In this document: positions 62,449 to 64,000 of the stretch, piece by piece
Layout of the letters: every line of letters begins with the position of its first letter
Position numbering within the stretch: the first letter of the stretch is position 1
DNA from: Botryllus schlosseri
Taxonomy: Eukaryota
Direction of reading: 5' to 3'
NCBI GenBank assembly: GCA_051294905.1
Contig: CM119372.1
Location: 12,340,001 to 12,404,000, forward strand
DNA: 64,000 bases
Position numbers and translations under genes: made by a program
Notes under the pieces: generated by a model
Seen by the model: only the letters and a program-made list of their open reading frames with translations
What the model was told of the DNA's origin: nothing
The model's database searches: none

Positions 62449-64000
62449 GCATGGAAATTAGGTGTTTCCCACATAATGTTAGAATTGTACTAGGCTACTT
62501 ATCTTCATTTCTGGTTGGAACTGTCTGTCCTTACGAAGTAGCTTGACCTGAAAAAAGTTTTATGACTTGAAAACTGACAAATGCTTACATGAAAAAACAA
62601 ACATTATTTTAACGGAATCTGGACCTATGCATTATGGTAGAAATAATTAAGATTTGTTGTAGCACAACAAAAGATACTTTCCTACATTCTCGGGTAGAAA
62701 GTGTTTGTCCTTACTAAGTAGCTTGCCAAGAATGGAGAAAGAACGTTCAACAGCAGCAGTTGTTGGCTACAAAAACTGAAGTTGTGCGCATACACTGCTG
62801 GTGACACACCGCGTTGTTTCATTCCTACAATGTTGTCTACATCAGTGGTTCTCAACCGCCGGTCCGCGACGACTTTCCAGCCGGTCAGCGAGGTATTTTG
62901 CAATTTTATAACAAAATTTCAGGATGCAATATGTTGAAGGCTTGTCCATTGATAAAATAAAACAAATATCAAATTTTAATCTCATTCATAATGTCGTGAA
63001 GTAACATTTTAGGTCTGGGAGCATTGGAGCATGTTCGATTTGACTTGAAGTTCCACCCGTGTCAGTTGACGAAATATGAGCAGCAATGACTTATACGAGC
63101 TGACTCACTAATCCGCGCAGTTGGCGCGATCATTCGTTTTCGATTCATTCCTTTTGTGGAGGGACGCTCCATCGCATAATGAAGTTCAGGCTAACATAGG
63201 AATCCGTAAAGTGTGCGATAAACTCGCCGGTGAGATAACCTTGACCGAAAAAGACTGCCCTTTATTGACCGATAAGTTCGAGAGATATATGTATAATTGT
63301 CCATAGGCCCCATAATTTAGTTTAGGCCCCTTTGGTTTAGTACGCTTGGGTGATTTCAATATCTAGTCACAATATAACAGACAGTAGGTGACGAAATATT
63401 GACATGTAATGAAGTAATTAGTCCAACAGGCCCACCCGAATATGTTTAATTATTATCTATTAAGTGCCCTAAATTTTCCTACACGACACCTCAATCAACT
63501 CTACCGGAAAATCTGATAATTCTGATAGTGTACAAATTTGCAGCAATATATATGCAATTAACAATTTTATTGACCGATTCAGTCATGAATTACCTATAGA
63601 AAACTATCAGCCTATACTCAGTAGATTGAATGCGTTTGCAAGTCCTGGCGAAAACAACCAACTGTGGGGTCTGGTGGCGATGCCCCCTAGCTAAAGGTTT
63701 GGTGTATCGCTTTGTTGGGCCCAAGACTACCGTTTTTGGGCAATTAGGCTGACGATCAGCCCTGATTTTGTGGATGGCCACTGGCCAGGTATAGCTGTAG
63801 TCAGGTGTTTTCGTGCGGCGCATTGCATTCATAGTAGGGATCGTATGAACTTGTGATAGGTTCAGGTTCGTGTGAACGCGAATCTTTTGGAAAAGTTCTG
63901 TGTGAACGCGATCGTGTACCTATGACGTTACGCGACGTCAAATTGCAAATTCCGACCTACCTAACATATTTCAGTGAAGTGATATATTAATGTACAGCGA

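Overview
Eukaryotic, intron-rich animal genomic DNA (inferred: invertebrate deuterostome, probably an ascidian, from ~57-86 nt minimal introns, compact gene spacing and chordate-like proteins). Three spliced genes can be reconstructed exon by exon with consistent phases: GPD2 (minus, 14 exons, ~722 aa), HIRA (plus, 24 exons, ~1068 aa, head-to-head with GPD2) and NUP50 (minus, 8 exons, ~449 aa, tail-to-tail with HIRA). The rest is dense with mobile DNA: many nested hAT-type MITEs with 8-bp TSDs, two tRNA-derived SINE families, LINE relics and one very young 4.8-kb BEL/Pao LTR retroelement. The most notable objects are three. (1) The LTR element has apparently identical LTRs and an intact 1162-aa Gag-protease ORF, but its pol is collapsed into a colinear, mostly in-frame string of RT/RNase H/integrase micro-relics, and it has no canonical PBS. 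(2) Two SINE families with different tRNA heads and tails share a core with compensatory base changes. (3) Candidate alternative terminal exons would give an EF-hand-less GPD2. All coordinates were read by eye and may be off by a few bases.
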